DNA from: Mobula hypostoma
Lineage: Eukaryota
Reading direction: 5' to 3'
Assembly: GCF_963921235.1 (NCBI RefSeq)
Contig: NC_086097.1
Coordinates: 243,848,001 to 243,912,000 of the forward strand
Length of the DNA stretch: 64,000 bases
Positions 49,428 to 62,079 of this stretch are shown here, piece by piece. Every line of letters begins with the position of its first letter. Within the stretch, counting starts at the first letter, position 1. The position numbers and the translations under genes are program-made. A model generated the notes under the pieces. The model had not been told where the DNA came from. It saw only the letters and a program-made list of their open reading frames with translations, and made no database searches.

Positions 49428-50107
49428 TTAGATTAGATTAGATTATGAGGACACTTGGTCCTAGTTTATTGTCATTTAGAAATGCATGCATTAAAAAATG
49501 ATACAATGTTCCTCCAGAATGATATCACAAGAAACACAAGACAAACCAAGACTAAAACTGACAAAACCACATAATTATAACATATAGTTACAACAGTGCA
49601 AAGCAATGCCGTAATTTGATAAAGAGCAGACCATGGGCACGGTAAAAAAAAGTCTCAAAGTTCCAATAGCCTCACCATCTCACGCAGACGGTAGAAAGGA
49701 GAAACTCTCCCCGCCATGAACCTCCAAGCGCCACCAACTTGCCGATGCAGCACCATTGGAAGCACCCGACCGCAGCGGACTCTGAGTTCATCCGAAAACT
49801 TCGAGCCTCCGACCAGCCCTCCGACACTGAGTACCGAGCGTCATCCTCTGCTGAGCGCTTCGACCCCGCCCCGGCTGCCGAGCAACAAGCAAAGCCGAGG
49901 ACTTGGGGCCTTCCCCTCTGGAGATTCTGGATCACACAGTAGCAGCAGCAGCGAAGCAGGCATTTCAGAAGTTGCACCAGATGTTCCTCCGTGCTCTTAC
50001 GTCCGTCTCCATTGAATCAGGATCGTGCACAGCACCCTACTTGACGGATAACAGACATCACCACTGGAGTGGCCGCTGCGATCTGCATCGCATCGCCATC
50101 TTCTCCT
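49428..50107 (-). mobile_element. Non-autonomous LINE derivative (sister of 41117-41785)
   Basis: (agatt)n tail at 49428-49445 and gccatcttctcc at the far end. Confidence 0.7.
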
Positions 50108-50979
50108 CCCGCCTCATGATGTTCTGGATGCTATGGAGGCTGGCGCTCATGATGGAGCTGACTAAGTTTACAACTCTCTGCAGCTTACTTTGTGCAGGGC
50201 TCGATGGGTGAGGGCCACAGTAAGGAGTTCTTCCAGGCTGGATTGTGTGAGGAACCTCCTCAAGCATTCTAGTAGTGTTCCACCACAGTGAGTCACATGA
50301 ATAGTAGCAGTGTTACTGCCTTTAACAAATATAATTTGACACTACTCAACACACTGTCTTTGAATGTAAGAATGAAAAGACATTGCATGCTGTAATTTCA
50401 GAAATGATTTTTATTATGAATAAAATTTATTTTAAAACAAAAATGAGAGATAACGATACTATTGGTTTTAAGAAATGTAATTATGAGGGATATAGATAGG
50501 GTAAATGCAAATAGGCTTTTTTTCCACTGAGGTTGGGTTGGACTAGAACTAGAGGTCTTGGGTGAAGGGTGTAATGTTTAAGGGGAATATCAAGGCCAGG
50601 GCATCAAAGGTTATGGTGAGAAGGTGGGGGAGTGGGACCAAATTGGGAGAATGGATCAGCTCATGATAAAATGGTGGAGCAGACTTGATAGGCCGAATGG
50701 CCAACTTCTCCTTTGTCTTATGGTCTAATATGAGAAGGGACTTCTCTCAGAGAGTGGTGAGTGTGTGGAACGAGATGCCAGCAGAAATGGTGGATGTGGG
50801 GTTAATTTCACCATTGAAGAGAAATATGGATAGCTACGTTGATGGGAGGGTTATGGAGGGCTATGGTCTAGGTGCAGGTTGATGGAACTAGTTGGAGAAT
50901 AGTTCGGCATGGACTAGATGGACCAAATGAGCTTTTTCTGTGCTCTATGACCCTAATGACATCCCCGCTCTCTCACCAG

Positions 50980-51483
50980 AGTGTATGTTCGTGCTCTTCT
51001 GCTGCTGTAGCCCATCCACTTCAAGGTTCAACATGTTGTGCATTCAGAGATGCTCCTCTGCTCACCCCTGTTGTAATGCATGGTTATGTGAGTTATTGTT
51101 ATTCTCCTGTCAGCCTGAACCAGTGTGTCCATTCTCCTCTGACCTCTCTCATTAACAAGGTGTTTTTGCCCACAGAACTGCCGCTCACTGGAAGTTATTT
51201 TGTTTTTTGAACCATTCACTGTAAACTCTAGAGATGGTTGTGTGCGAAATCTCAGGAGATCAGCAGCTTCTGAGATACTCAAGCCACCCCATCTGGCACC
51301 AACAATCATTCTAGGGTCAAAATCACTTAGATCACATTTCTTCCAAATTTTGATGTTTGATCTGAACAACAATTGAGCCTCTTTGACCATATCTGCATTC
51401 TTTTATGAATTAAGTTGTTGGCACATGTTTGGCTGATGAGATATTTAGTGTATAAGTGTGTAACAACATGAGCACTGAGTGTA
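50980..51483 (-). mobile_element. Tc1-like non-autonomous element
   Basis: ORF 51028-51390 KKCDLSDFD.RMIVGAR.GGLSISEAADLL...ERGQRRM..LV.ADRR. Confidence 0.8.
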
Positions 51484-51635
51484 CGTTTAATTCTCATGGC
51501 TGGGCGACCAGTCTTCAGCACTATCACACTGGTCTTCACTTTCACACTGAGGAAGACTCGTTTCTTCCTACCATCTTTCCTGTCAGCCAGTTTTTGGCAA
51601 AATATGATCTTCATAATATATCTCTTACCTTCAAT

Positions 51636-51636
<1 letters not shown>

Positions 51637-51682
<46 letters not shown>

Positions 51683-51684
51683 AT
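51637..51684. repeat. (TA)n microsatellite
   Basis: Direct dinucleotide run. Confidence 0.95.
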
Positions 51685-51952
51685 CCTTATTGTAATTTGT
51701 AGTGAATTTTATTGGTACACTATACAGAGAAATAAAATTGATTCTATTATATTTCTCTGTTCTACTGTGAATGCCTGTAAGAAAATGAATCTTAAAGTGG
51801 TATGTGGTGACATAGTTAGATAATACATTTTTGTTGGACTTTGAACCGGAATAAACCTTTGAACTGTACTGCTGCTGCAAAACTAATCTCATGACACAGG
51901 TCAGTGATAATAAACCTAATTCTGACGAAATGAGAAGTCAGCTCCATTCAGA

Positions 51953-53058
51953 GCCCCAAAGAGTCCTTCCAGGTGAGGCAGCTCTTCACCCGAGAATCTG
52001 TGGGGGGTCGTCTGCATTCTCCTTTGCACTGGTGAGATCCAACGCAGACTAGGGGCCCATTTTGTTGAGCACGTTTGCTTCATCTGCAAAAAGCAGGAAT
52101 TCCAGGAGGCCAACCATTTAACTTCCGATCCTCATTCACATTCTGATACGTCGCTCCATGGCCTCCTCTTCCTCCACAATGAGGCCCCTCTCAGGTTGGA
52201 GGAGCAACACCACGCATTCATCTGGGCCGCCTCCAAGTAGGTGGCATGAACAATGATTTCTCTAGCTTCCGGTAATTCCCTTCCCTTTTCTTCCATTTCT
52301 CACTCTGCCTCCCTTTCACTCCTTCTCTTCTTCTCACCTCCCTATCACTTTCCCCTGGCGCCCCTCCTCCTTCCCATTCTCCAATGATCCACAGCCCTCT
52401 CCCATCAGAATCCTTCTCCAGCTCATAAGGTAATGGCTTCTAACCCATGACCTCATCATCTCCCAGCTTCTTATTTCGTTCCCCCTCCCCCACCCACCTG
52501 GCTTCATCTATCACCTTCAACCTTGTCCTCCTTCCTCGCTCCCCAACTTCCCATTCTGGTTTCTTCCCCCTTCCTTTCCAGTCCTGATGAAGGGTCTCAG
52601 CCCGAAACGTTGACTGTTTATTCATTTCTATGTGCAGTATTGTGTGTGTCTTTGGAGCGTAGAAGGTTGAGGGGGGACTTGATAGAGGTATTTAAAATTA
52701 AGGGGGGGATAGATAGAGTTGACGTGGATGGGCTTTTTCCATTGAGAGTGGGGGAGATTCAAACAAGAGGACATGAGTTGAGAGTTTAGGGGTAATATGA
52801 GGGAGAACTTCTTTACTCAGAGAGTGGTAGCTGTGTGGAACGAGCTTCCAGCAGAAGTAGTTGAGGCAGGTTCGATGTTGTCATTTAAAGTTAAATTGGA
52901 TAGATATATGGACAGGAAAGGAATGGAGGGTTATGGGCTGAGTGCAGGTCGGTGGGACTAGGTGAGAGTAAGAGTTCGGCATGGACTAGAAGGGCTGTAA
53001 TTGTTATATGGTGTGTGTGTTACTCTGGATTTCCAGCTTCCACAGAATCGCCTGTGTT
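51953..53058 (+). mobile_element. Penelope-like element 3' end (GIY-YIG relic plus hammerhead), interrupted by CR1 at 52645-53010
   Basis: PKESFQVRQLFTRES..., GEIQRRLG.HFVEH GIY-YIG relic; pyrimidine tract; CAGTC-CTGATGA-AGGGtctcagCCC-GAAAC-GTT-GACTG at 52579-52616. Confidence 0.8.
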
Positions 53059-53618
53059 TATTACTTTCATAGCCAGTGTGATTAAAAATGATGCTGGAAA
53101 TGAACTACTGGTGTTAACATTGTTTTAGGGAGCATTATGTTGGAAAATGGCTTTTCTGCATTGAAGAAAACCCTGCCAGAATTCATTGTCTGGGTTTGAA
53201 TTTCCTCTTCAGTACTGAGTGGCTGAGAAATGAATTTAGTACAGCCCTGTGTTCACCTTCAGATTCAGATTCACTTATGACATGTGCATCGAAACACCCA
53301 GCGAAATGTGTCATCTGTGTCAACAACCGACACGTCCACGGATGTGCTGGGGGCACCAACATAGCACGTGCACGATGCTCAGCAGAACAACACAGAACAC
53401 AGCAAAACAGAACGTGCCAAGGGACAAACCAGCAGCCGCGAAACAAGCCAAGTTCTGTCCTCCCACGCACATACACATTCCTCGAGCACCAGGACAGGCC
53501 GTCTTTGGCTTTCAGCCCCCGGTTGACTCGTGGATTAAAGTTCAAAGTAAATCTACTATCAAACTATATATATGTCACCATGTGCAACCCTGAGATTCAT
53601 TTTCTTGCAGACATTTAA

Positions 53619-53928
53619 GGCATCCGTTAGTCTTGCGAGACCATGGATCTGCGCATGGAAAGTCTTCACTCTCCAGGGCGCAGGCCTGGGCAAGGTTGTA
53701 TGGAAGACCAGCAGTTGCCCATGCTGCAAGTCTCCCCTCTCCACGACACCAATGTTGTCCAAGGGAAGGGCATTAGGACCCATACAGCTTGGCACCAGTG
53801 TCGTCGCAGAGCAATGTGTGATTAAGTGCCTTGCTCAAGGACACAACACGTTCCCTCGGCTGGGGCTCGAACTCTCAACCTTCAGGTAGCTAGTCCAATG
53901 CCTTAACCACTTGGCCACATGTCCACAC
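53619..53928 (-). mobile_element. tRNA-headed SINE with a CORE-like middle and an RTE-like tail
   Basis: Minus strand: TGGCCAAGTGG A-box, GTTCGAG B-box, gtgtccttgagcaaggcacttaa, tail gatccatggtctcgcaagactaacggatgcc. Confidence 0.7.
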
Positions 53929-55519
53929 GTGCAGTAGAACAAAGAAATACAATAGAATCAATGAGAAGTTGCAAACACTGACAAACAACCAGTGTGCAAA
54001 AAAACAACGAACTGTGCAAATACAAAAAAAGGAAAATAAGAAATAATTATTATAAAAAAATTAGCAATAAACATTGAGAACATCAGATGAATCAAGAATA
54101 ATCAAGAGACATCAGTATGCCCACCAGAAAATGAATCTCAGGGTTGTATATGGTGACGTATGAACTTTGATAATAAATTTACTTTGAATTTTGAATAGTG
54201 CTTGAAGGTGAGCCCATAGGTTGTGGGAACAGTTCAGTGATGGGGTGAGTGAAGTTATCACCTCTGGTTTAAGAGCCTGGTGGCTGAGGGGCAATAACTG
54301 TTCCTGAACCTGGTGGTGTGAGTCCTGGAGCTCCTGTCCTGATGGAGTGGAAGCTGGCAGGTGACGGGTGAGACCAGGTGAGGGGCGAGGTGGGTGGGTA
54401 GCTGAGGGGGGATAATGTGAGAAGCTAGGAGGGGATAGGTGGAAGAGACTGATAAATAAGGAATCTAATCAGAGTGGGTCAGGGAAGAAAGGGAAGGACG
54501 AGGGGAACCAGGGGGAGGTGATGGGCTGACTTGCTGAGTTCCTCTATCCTGTGTCAGATCCCCTCTCAATGACCTCCTCACCTCCTCGGCCAATCACAGA
54601 GCACTAATTCTTCAGAATTATAAAGCCATAGAAAAGTACAACACAGAAACAGGTCCATACTGAACCATTTAAAGTGCCTACTCCCATTGACATGCACCCA
54701 GACCATAGCCCTCCATACCATCCATGTACCTATCCAAACTTCTCTTAAACGTTGAAATCGAGCTCGCATGCACCACTTGTGCTGGCAGCTCGTTCCACGG
54801 TCTCAAAATCCTCTGAGTAAAGAGGTTTCCCCTTAAACTTTTCACCTTTCACCCTTAACCCATGACCTCTAGTTGAACCCAACCTCAGTGGAAAAAGCCT
54901 GCTTACATTTACCCTACCTATACCCCTCACAATTTTGTATACCTCTACCAAATCTCCCCTCAATCTTCATGTAAGTTAATTTCTAGACCCATGGCCTTAT
55001 TCCTTTGGACTTCTGGTTAGTAACAGAAGTAGGCCGTATGCCAAATCATGGCTCATGCATTTAACATGTGTTTAGAAATAATATCACTGAGTATAAGCGC
55101 TCCTTTATCTTTTTATTGGCACAGAGTACACTTGTCTATCATAATCATATAAAATTATATATAAAATCATCATCCAGAAGTGCCAGGTTCAGCTACTCTA
55201 CACGGAAATGACTGCAATTTGTTGCTATGACAACAAATATGGCATATGGTAATACTTCAAGCAGAGGGAATGTTAAATTACATCAGACGAGTGTGAGGAA
55301 GAAAAGTAACAAGAGATATGGCATGTGGTGTATGTGAGAGTGTTAATGTTAAATTGGGCCAAATAATGGATCATCTTTTGAGCAGAAGTGAGGTTGAAAT
55401 CAAAAAGTGCACATGTCCGTAAAATAAAATCTCCAAGCTCCATCTCAATTTTGATCTTCTGGTTCTCTTTATCTTTCTGTCTTCATATCCACAGATCTGT
55501 TTTGATTCAGATCATTATG

Positions 55520-56108
55520 TAAGCTTTATGCAAAGCTGAGGCCTTACAATATACTGGTCAGCCTTCTCTTGAGTATTGTGAGCAGTTTTGGGCCTCTTAG
55601 CTAAGAGAGGATACACCTGCAATGGAGAAGGTTCAGAGGAGGTTCGCGAGAATGACTCTGGGAATGAAAGGTTTAATGTATGAGGAGCATTTGATGGCCC
55701 TGGGCCTGTACTCACTGGACTTTAGAAGAATAAGGGGGGATATGATTGAAAGGCCTAGACAGAGTGGATGTAGGGAGAATGTTTCCTGACGTTGGAGGTG
55801 GGGGAGCCTAGGACGAGGGGACACAGCCTCAGAAAAGGACATCCCAGTTGACTAAAGATGAAGAAGAATTTCTTTAGCCAGAAGGTGGTGAATCTGTGGA
55901 ATTAGTTGCCACAGATGGCAGTGGAGGCCAAGTCACTGGGCATACTTAACATGGTGATTGATAGGTTCTTGATTAGTCAGGGCATCAAAGGTTACGAGGA
56001 AAAGACAGGAGATTGGGGATTGAGAGGGATATTTATCAGCAATGATGGAATGACAAAGCAGATTCAATGGGCTTGTGACCTTTTCCTTCTCAATATCTTA
56101 TGGTCTTA
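55520..56108 (+). mobile_element. Degenerate CR1 3' fragment
   Basis: Collinear with the other CR1 3' ends; cttatggt tail. Confidence 0.8.
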
Positions 56109-57339
56109 GGGTCTCCTTTAACTTTTGTATCAACTTATGCACAGATCTGTTTTATTTATTCTTTGCTATATCCAGAATGAATGATTCAGATTATTACGTA
56201 AACTTCCAGTTTTTTTGGTCTGGGTTTCTTCTTATATCAACAGCTCGTACTTTCATTGATTACTGTGTGTTTATTTCAGGATTCATGATTCAAGATTGTT
56301 TAATGTCATTTCCAGCACAGAAGTGTAAAGGAGAATGAAATATTTGTTACTCCGGATCTGATGCAGCTCAAAAAAAAATCACAACAAGAGAAAGAACACA
56401 ATGATAAGAATAACACAATAAATATAAATACCTAAGGTAGCTCATAGATTGATTGTATGTCCATAAGGTGATACCAGGCAGAGGTGATTCGGACAGGAAA
56501 TGATAAAGTAGTGGTGGTGGTCAGGGTGGAGGTGTTGATCAGCCTCACTGCTTGGGGGAAGTAACTGTTTTTGAGTCTGGTGGTCCTGGTGTGGATGCCA
56601 CGTAGCCTCCCCCTTGATGGGAGTGGGACAAACAGTCCGTGAGCAGGGTGGGATTCTTCATTATGTTACTGACCATTTTCCAGCGCCTTTCTGTATATTT
56701 GTTCTTGAAGACAGTTATGATGGTGCCAGTGATGTGTTGGCAGTTTTATAGATACCATAAAGCTTTCACACAATAGCAATTAAGACACATTTGAGGAAGC
56801 CCGTTCCAAGAAAGATGTCAAGTGGAGAGAAATCTGACAAGATCTAGAAAAGCAGTTAAAGAATTACAGAATAGACGCACAAGAGGAATGGCAGATGCAG
56901 GAAACCTGGAGCAACCTTCATCTTCTTCTTCTTCTTCTTCTTTTTTGTTTTGTGGCGGTTGGCAACCGGTTTTCAGTGCATTACCGCCACCTGCTAGACT
57001 TCCTGTGTTCCAACCAAATATGTCCTGGAGTTCCCTACTTTCAAACTACCTGGAGCAACCTTCAGTTTAAAACCCACGAGTGTTGAGCGAAATGGAGGGA
57101 AACACACTTGGGAGTGTTGAGTTCAGTTCTGGGCACTTCATTATTAGGAAGGATGTGGAAACTTTAGAGAAGGTGCCGAGGAGGTTTGCCAGGATGTTGC
57201 TTGAATAGGAGAACATGTCTTATCAGAACTGGTTGAGCGAGCTGGGGCTTTTCTCTTTGGAGCAAAGAAGGGTAAGAGGCTTAGATTGAGTGGACAGGCA
57301 GAGGTGGAAATGTCTAATATGATGGGGCATAATTTTCAA

Positions 57340-57790
57340 GATTTCAAGATTCAAAAAACTTTATTGTCATTCTAACCGTACATCAGCTCTGCAGGGCAGA
57401 ATGAGACAGCGTTTCTCAGGAGCAGTGCAATCATAACATAACAAACGCAACATTAAATAATAAACATAACAATAAATAGTAAAACACAACAGCCACATGT
57501 CAGTTAAAATCAAGTTATAAGTGTCCAGTGCAAGTTAAAAGTGTCCAAAGCAGAGTCAGGTAGAGCAGCTATTTAGCAGTCTGACTACCTGTGGGAGGAA
57601 GCTGTTTAGTAGCCTTGTGGTTTTAGTTTTGATGCTCCTGTAACGTTTGCCTGATGGCAGAAGAACAAACAGTTCATGGAGAGGGTGTGAGGGGTCTTTA
57701 ATGATGTACCGTGTCTTCTGGAGGCATCGACTCTGAAAGAGGTCTTGGACAGAAGGTAGGGAGACCCCAATAACCTTCTCTGCTTATTTA
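57340..57790 (-). mobile_element. Rex1-type LINE 3' fragment inserted in a CR1 (57115-58086)
   Basis: Antisense IIKDPSHP.HELFVLLPSGKRYRSIKTKTTRL.NSF.PQ.VRL. Confidence 0.8.
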
Positions 57791-58086
57791 CCGTGATTTC
57801 AGGGAAGTATAGGGTGATTATCAGAAGTAGGTTTTTTGCATGACGAGTGGTAGGTGTGTGGAATGCATTGCCAAGGCTGGAGGTAGAGGCAGAAAAATGG
57901 AGGACTATGTAAGAGGGAAGGGTTAGCCTGATCTCAGATTTGGTTACAAGGGTGGCAAAACATGGTGAGCCAAACAGCCTGTATTCTGCTGTACTGTTCA
58001 ATGTTCTCTTTAAAGTGAAGTTTGATAGGTTTTTGATTAGTTAGGGCATCGAAGGTTACAGGGAGAAGGCAGGTGAATGGGGTCAA

Positions 58087-58674
58087 GTAGGCAGCCGTCG
58101 ATCCCAGGGGATCATCAGTTTGTGCCTCTGGTGGACTGTGTCCTCTCCAGGGTGCAAGCCTGGGCGGGAAGATTTGAAGAACCAGCATGCAGTGGGCTCC
58201 CCCTCTCCACGTCACTTCCCGTAGTCCAAGGGAGGGGCAAGTGCTGATACAGCTTGGCATCAGTGTCATCGCAGAGGTTGCCAGGGTGAAGTTGTAAACA
58301 ACATCAAACTGCCTTAGGGATCCCGGCTCCAGATTTCTTCCTCGGGGTTTACTCCTGAAGCCTTTCCCATGGGTGGGTATGGCTGCAAGGCAGCAGAGGT
58401 TTAAAATCAGAGTTTTCCTTCTCCTAGGTGGGCTGCCGTCCAAGGCTGATGAGCCCCACATGCCCAAAGCAACTGGTTTTGAGGCGCCAGTGGTCCGACT
58501 TTGCCCCTTCTCCTGTCAGTGGAAACTGTTCCACCGGGCCTAGTAGCTAAGCTACACATGAAGGCCAAGAGTTGGGTTTGGTTGTTAGAGGCTGTTAGAG
58601 TCTCATGCCATTTGGAGCACTTTATAGGTAGTGGGAGCTTATCCCCACTACCATCCCTGGCAATGACAACCTTA
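58087..58674 (-). mobile_element. RTE-derived non-autonomous element, apparently full length
   Basis: 7-bp TSD gggtcaa (58080-58086, 58675-58681) inside a CR1 tail; homologous to 29030-29413 and 62080-62620. Confidence 0.75.
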
Positions 58675-59224
58675 GGGTCAAAAGGCATAATAAATCAGCC
58701 ATGATTAAAGGGTGTTGCAGACTTGATGTACCAAATTGTCTCATCTGCTCCTGTTTCTTATGGTCTTTATGGCCTTATAATTCAGCAGGTCAGGCAGCAT
58801 CCATGGATCTATCATATTTTTGAATCCTGAGGAAGGGGTTCAACTTGAAACATTGACTGCCCATTTCCCTCCATAGATGCTGCCTGCCCTGCTGAGTTCC
58901 TCCAGCAGTTTGTGTGTGTTGTGAATGAGTTGCAGAATCCTGGGCATAAAGATGTAAATCCTCAAGGATGGAATGGAGGAAGATGCCCGTGTGGGTGTGG
59001 ATATGGAGAACATGAACTAGGATGGATGATAGGACCAAGAACAGGTGAGAATGATGGTTAAGATCAGCCTTTCAGTGATGATGAATCTGAGCTGGAAGAG
59101 AGAGTAAGGTGGTAAAGAAGGTAGAGGGCACACTCACTTTTATCAGTTGAGGCATCAGGTTCAAGAGTTGGGAAGTTACTTTGCAGCTTCACTTAGCTAG
59201 GCTGCATCTAGACAATTGCATTTA

Positions 59225-59680
59225 GCCGTCTCCAAGGACCGTCACCTTGTTGTGATGGAGAGGCTTCTGAGTTCTTGAGATCCCAAGAGTGATGCCATCT
59301 GGCGCTTAGCTCCTGGTAAGGTCACCCATGCCGGCAAAGTCAAACGGGAGGTTCCAGACAAAGAGCAAACTCTAAACCAAGAGCTCAGTGGTAGAGCTGG
59401 CGGAAGATGATGACACATCACAACAGCAGTGAAGGCAGACAGAGGCTGCAGGAGTGAAGGCTCCCCAGTCGTCTTGCATTCCATGCCACTGACCCTGACC
59501 CTGACCCTAATCAATCAAGGACCCTGTGGTACCCCCCCCCACCACCACATTAAATATAATCATGCACAGGCATTCCCCATTAAGAAAATCCGCCTTAATG
59601 CCAGATTATGTGGATCCTGGATCAGCCTCTTTGGCTACCTGAGGACCCACCAATAGACAACCCCCTTTGGAGAATTCCAT
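59225..59680 (+). mobile_element. RTE/Expander-like 5' UTR-derived element inserted in a CR1 (59080-60340)
   Basis: ggaccgtcaccttgttgtgatggag...ctcctggtaaggtcacccatg...ccagacaaagagc resembles fish RTE 5' leaders. Confidence 0.55.
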
Positions 59681-61120
59681 CTGAAGGAAGGATGTAGAGG
59701 GTTCAGGGGGGATTCAGAAGAGATTCACCAGGATGCTGCTTGGATTAGAGGAAAGGAAAGGCTGGGCAAACTTGAACTGTTTTCTCTGGAGCAACAGAGG
59801 CTGAAAGGAGCTTTGATACATGTCTTAAAATTATGAGAGGCATAAATAGAGAGCCAGCATCTTTTTCCCTGGGTGGAAACGCCCAGTACCAGAATGCATG
59901 TATTTAACGTGAGGGGGAAAGTTCAAAGGAGGGGTACGGGAAAAGTTTTTTACACAGAGAGTGGTGAGTGACAGATAATTTCATTAGTAAGGGCGTCAAA
60001 GGTTACGGGGAGAAGGCAGGAGTATGGGGTTGAGAGGAGTACTAAATCAGCCATGATAGAATAGCAGAGCAGATTGGATGGGCCAAATGGCCGAATCCTG
60101 CTCCTATGTGTTATAGACTTATGGGTGCCTGTTATGTTCTGCCTGGGGTGGTAATGGAGGCACATACGATAGAGCTTAGGAGGTTCTTGGACTCACATGG
60201 ATGTGCAGGGAATGGAGAGATATGAGCTCGTTTAAGCAGAGGGTTCATTTAATTAGGTGTCATTAGCTTAAAGAGTTTGGCACAATATCATGGGTCAAAA
60301 GACCTGTTCCTGTGCCATACTGCTCTATACTCTAAGTTCTAAAATTGTGTAGTGGCACTTTGATGGCAATAGACCGGATATAGGTTTTGACTGCAGTTTG
60401 GCTGGAATGCCAAGAGGATTATTCCTACCCTGAACATATAACTGAGCGTGGAGACGGATTAGGAGGTACGGTGCAGTGTTTCCATTAGCAACCAAAAACA
60501 ACTGCTTTGGAATTGCTCGTGTTTAGCTGGAAGATTTGCATTATCTAAACCTTACTGTTACAAAACTGCACTTGGAATATCGTGTTCAGCGCTGGTTGCC
60601 TCATTATAAATACAAGAGATTCTGCAGATTCTGCAGAGATTTTGCTGATGCTGGAAACCCAGAAAAACACACAAAGTGCTGGAAGAACTCAGCAGTTTGG
60701 ACAGCATTTATGGAAAAGAATATACAGACAATGTTTCAGGCTGTTCCTCATGAAGGGTCTCAGCCCGAAATGTTGACTGTTCATTCATGCTATCTGACCT
60801 GCTGAGTTCCTCAGGCATTTTGTGTGTGTTCTGCCTTATTATAGGAAGGATGCAGAAGATTTAGAGAGCCTGCAGAGGAGATTTACCAGGATGATGCCTG
60901 GATTAGAGAGCACATCTTGTTTCTATGTTTCTATGTCTTATGAGGATAAACTGAACAAACTAGGGCTCTTCTCTTCAGAGTGATGGAAGATGAGAGGTGA
61001 CCTGACAGGGGAGTACAAGATGATAAGAGGTATAGATCAAGTGGATAGTCAAAGACTTTTTCTCAAGGTGGAAATGGTTAACACAACAGGGCATAATTTT
61101 AAATTGACTGTTGGAAAATA

Positions 61121-61630
61121 TAAGACCATAAGACCATAAGATATAGGAGCAGAAGTGGGCCATTCAGCCCATCGAGTCTGCTCCGCCATTCAATCATGGG
61201 CTGATCCAATTCTTCCAGTCATCCCAATCCCCTGATTTCACCCCATACCCTTTGATGCCCTGGATAATCAAGAGCCTATCTATCTCTGCCTTAAGTGCAC
61301 CCAATAACTTGGCCTCCACAGCTGCTCATGGCAACAAATTCCACAGATTTACCACCCTCTGACTAAAGTAATTTCTCCGCTTCTCTGTTCTAAATGGACG
61401 TTCTTCAATCCTGAAGTTGTGCCCTCTTGTCCTGAACTCCCCTACCATGGGAAATAACTTTGCCATATCTAATCTGTTCAGGCCTTTTAACATTCTGAAT
61501 GTTTCCATGAGATCCCCCCTCATCCTCCTGAACTCCAGGGAATACAGCCCAAGAGCCGCCAGACATTTCTCATACAGTAACCCTTTCATTCCTGGAATCA
61601 TTCCCGTGAATCTTCTCTGAAGCCTCTCCA
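61121..61630 (-). mobile_element. Young CR1 3' fragment (subfamily of 22633-25342)
   Basis: LNRLDMAKLFPMVGEFRTRGH.FRIE; (agaccata)n tail. Confidence 0.92.
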
Positions 61631-62079
61631 TTGAGAAAGTAAGGAGGCATGGGGTCCAAGGGGTGGGATATGAGAGGTACAAGAGCAGCGATGTGATGCT
61701 GAGGTTTTATAAGGTACTGGTGAGGCCTCACCTTGAATATTGTGAACAGTTTTGGGCTCCTCATCTAAAGAATGTGCTGCCATTGGGAAGCGTTCAGAGG
61801 CAGTTCACGAGGATGATTCCGGGAATGAAAGGGTTATCATACAAGGAACATTTGATAGCTCTGCAACTGTACTCGCTGGAATTCAGAAGAATGAGGAGGG
61901 ATCTCATTGAAACTTTTTGAACAATGAAAGGCCTAGACAGAATATATATGGAAAGGTTGTTTCCCATGGTGGAGAAGCCAAGGACAAGAGGGTACAACCT
62001 CAGGATAGATGGGCAGAAATGTGGAGAAAACAGAGATGTGGAGAAATTTCTTTAGCCAGAGGGTGGTGAATTTATGGGA

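Noticed and set aside
61620..61670. Novel fusion ORF at a junction of three CR1 pieces
   Set aside because: A short fragment of another CR1 subfamily between opposed copies; most simply a rearrangement or template-switch scar
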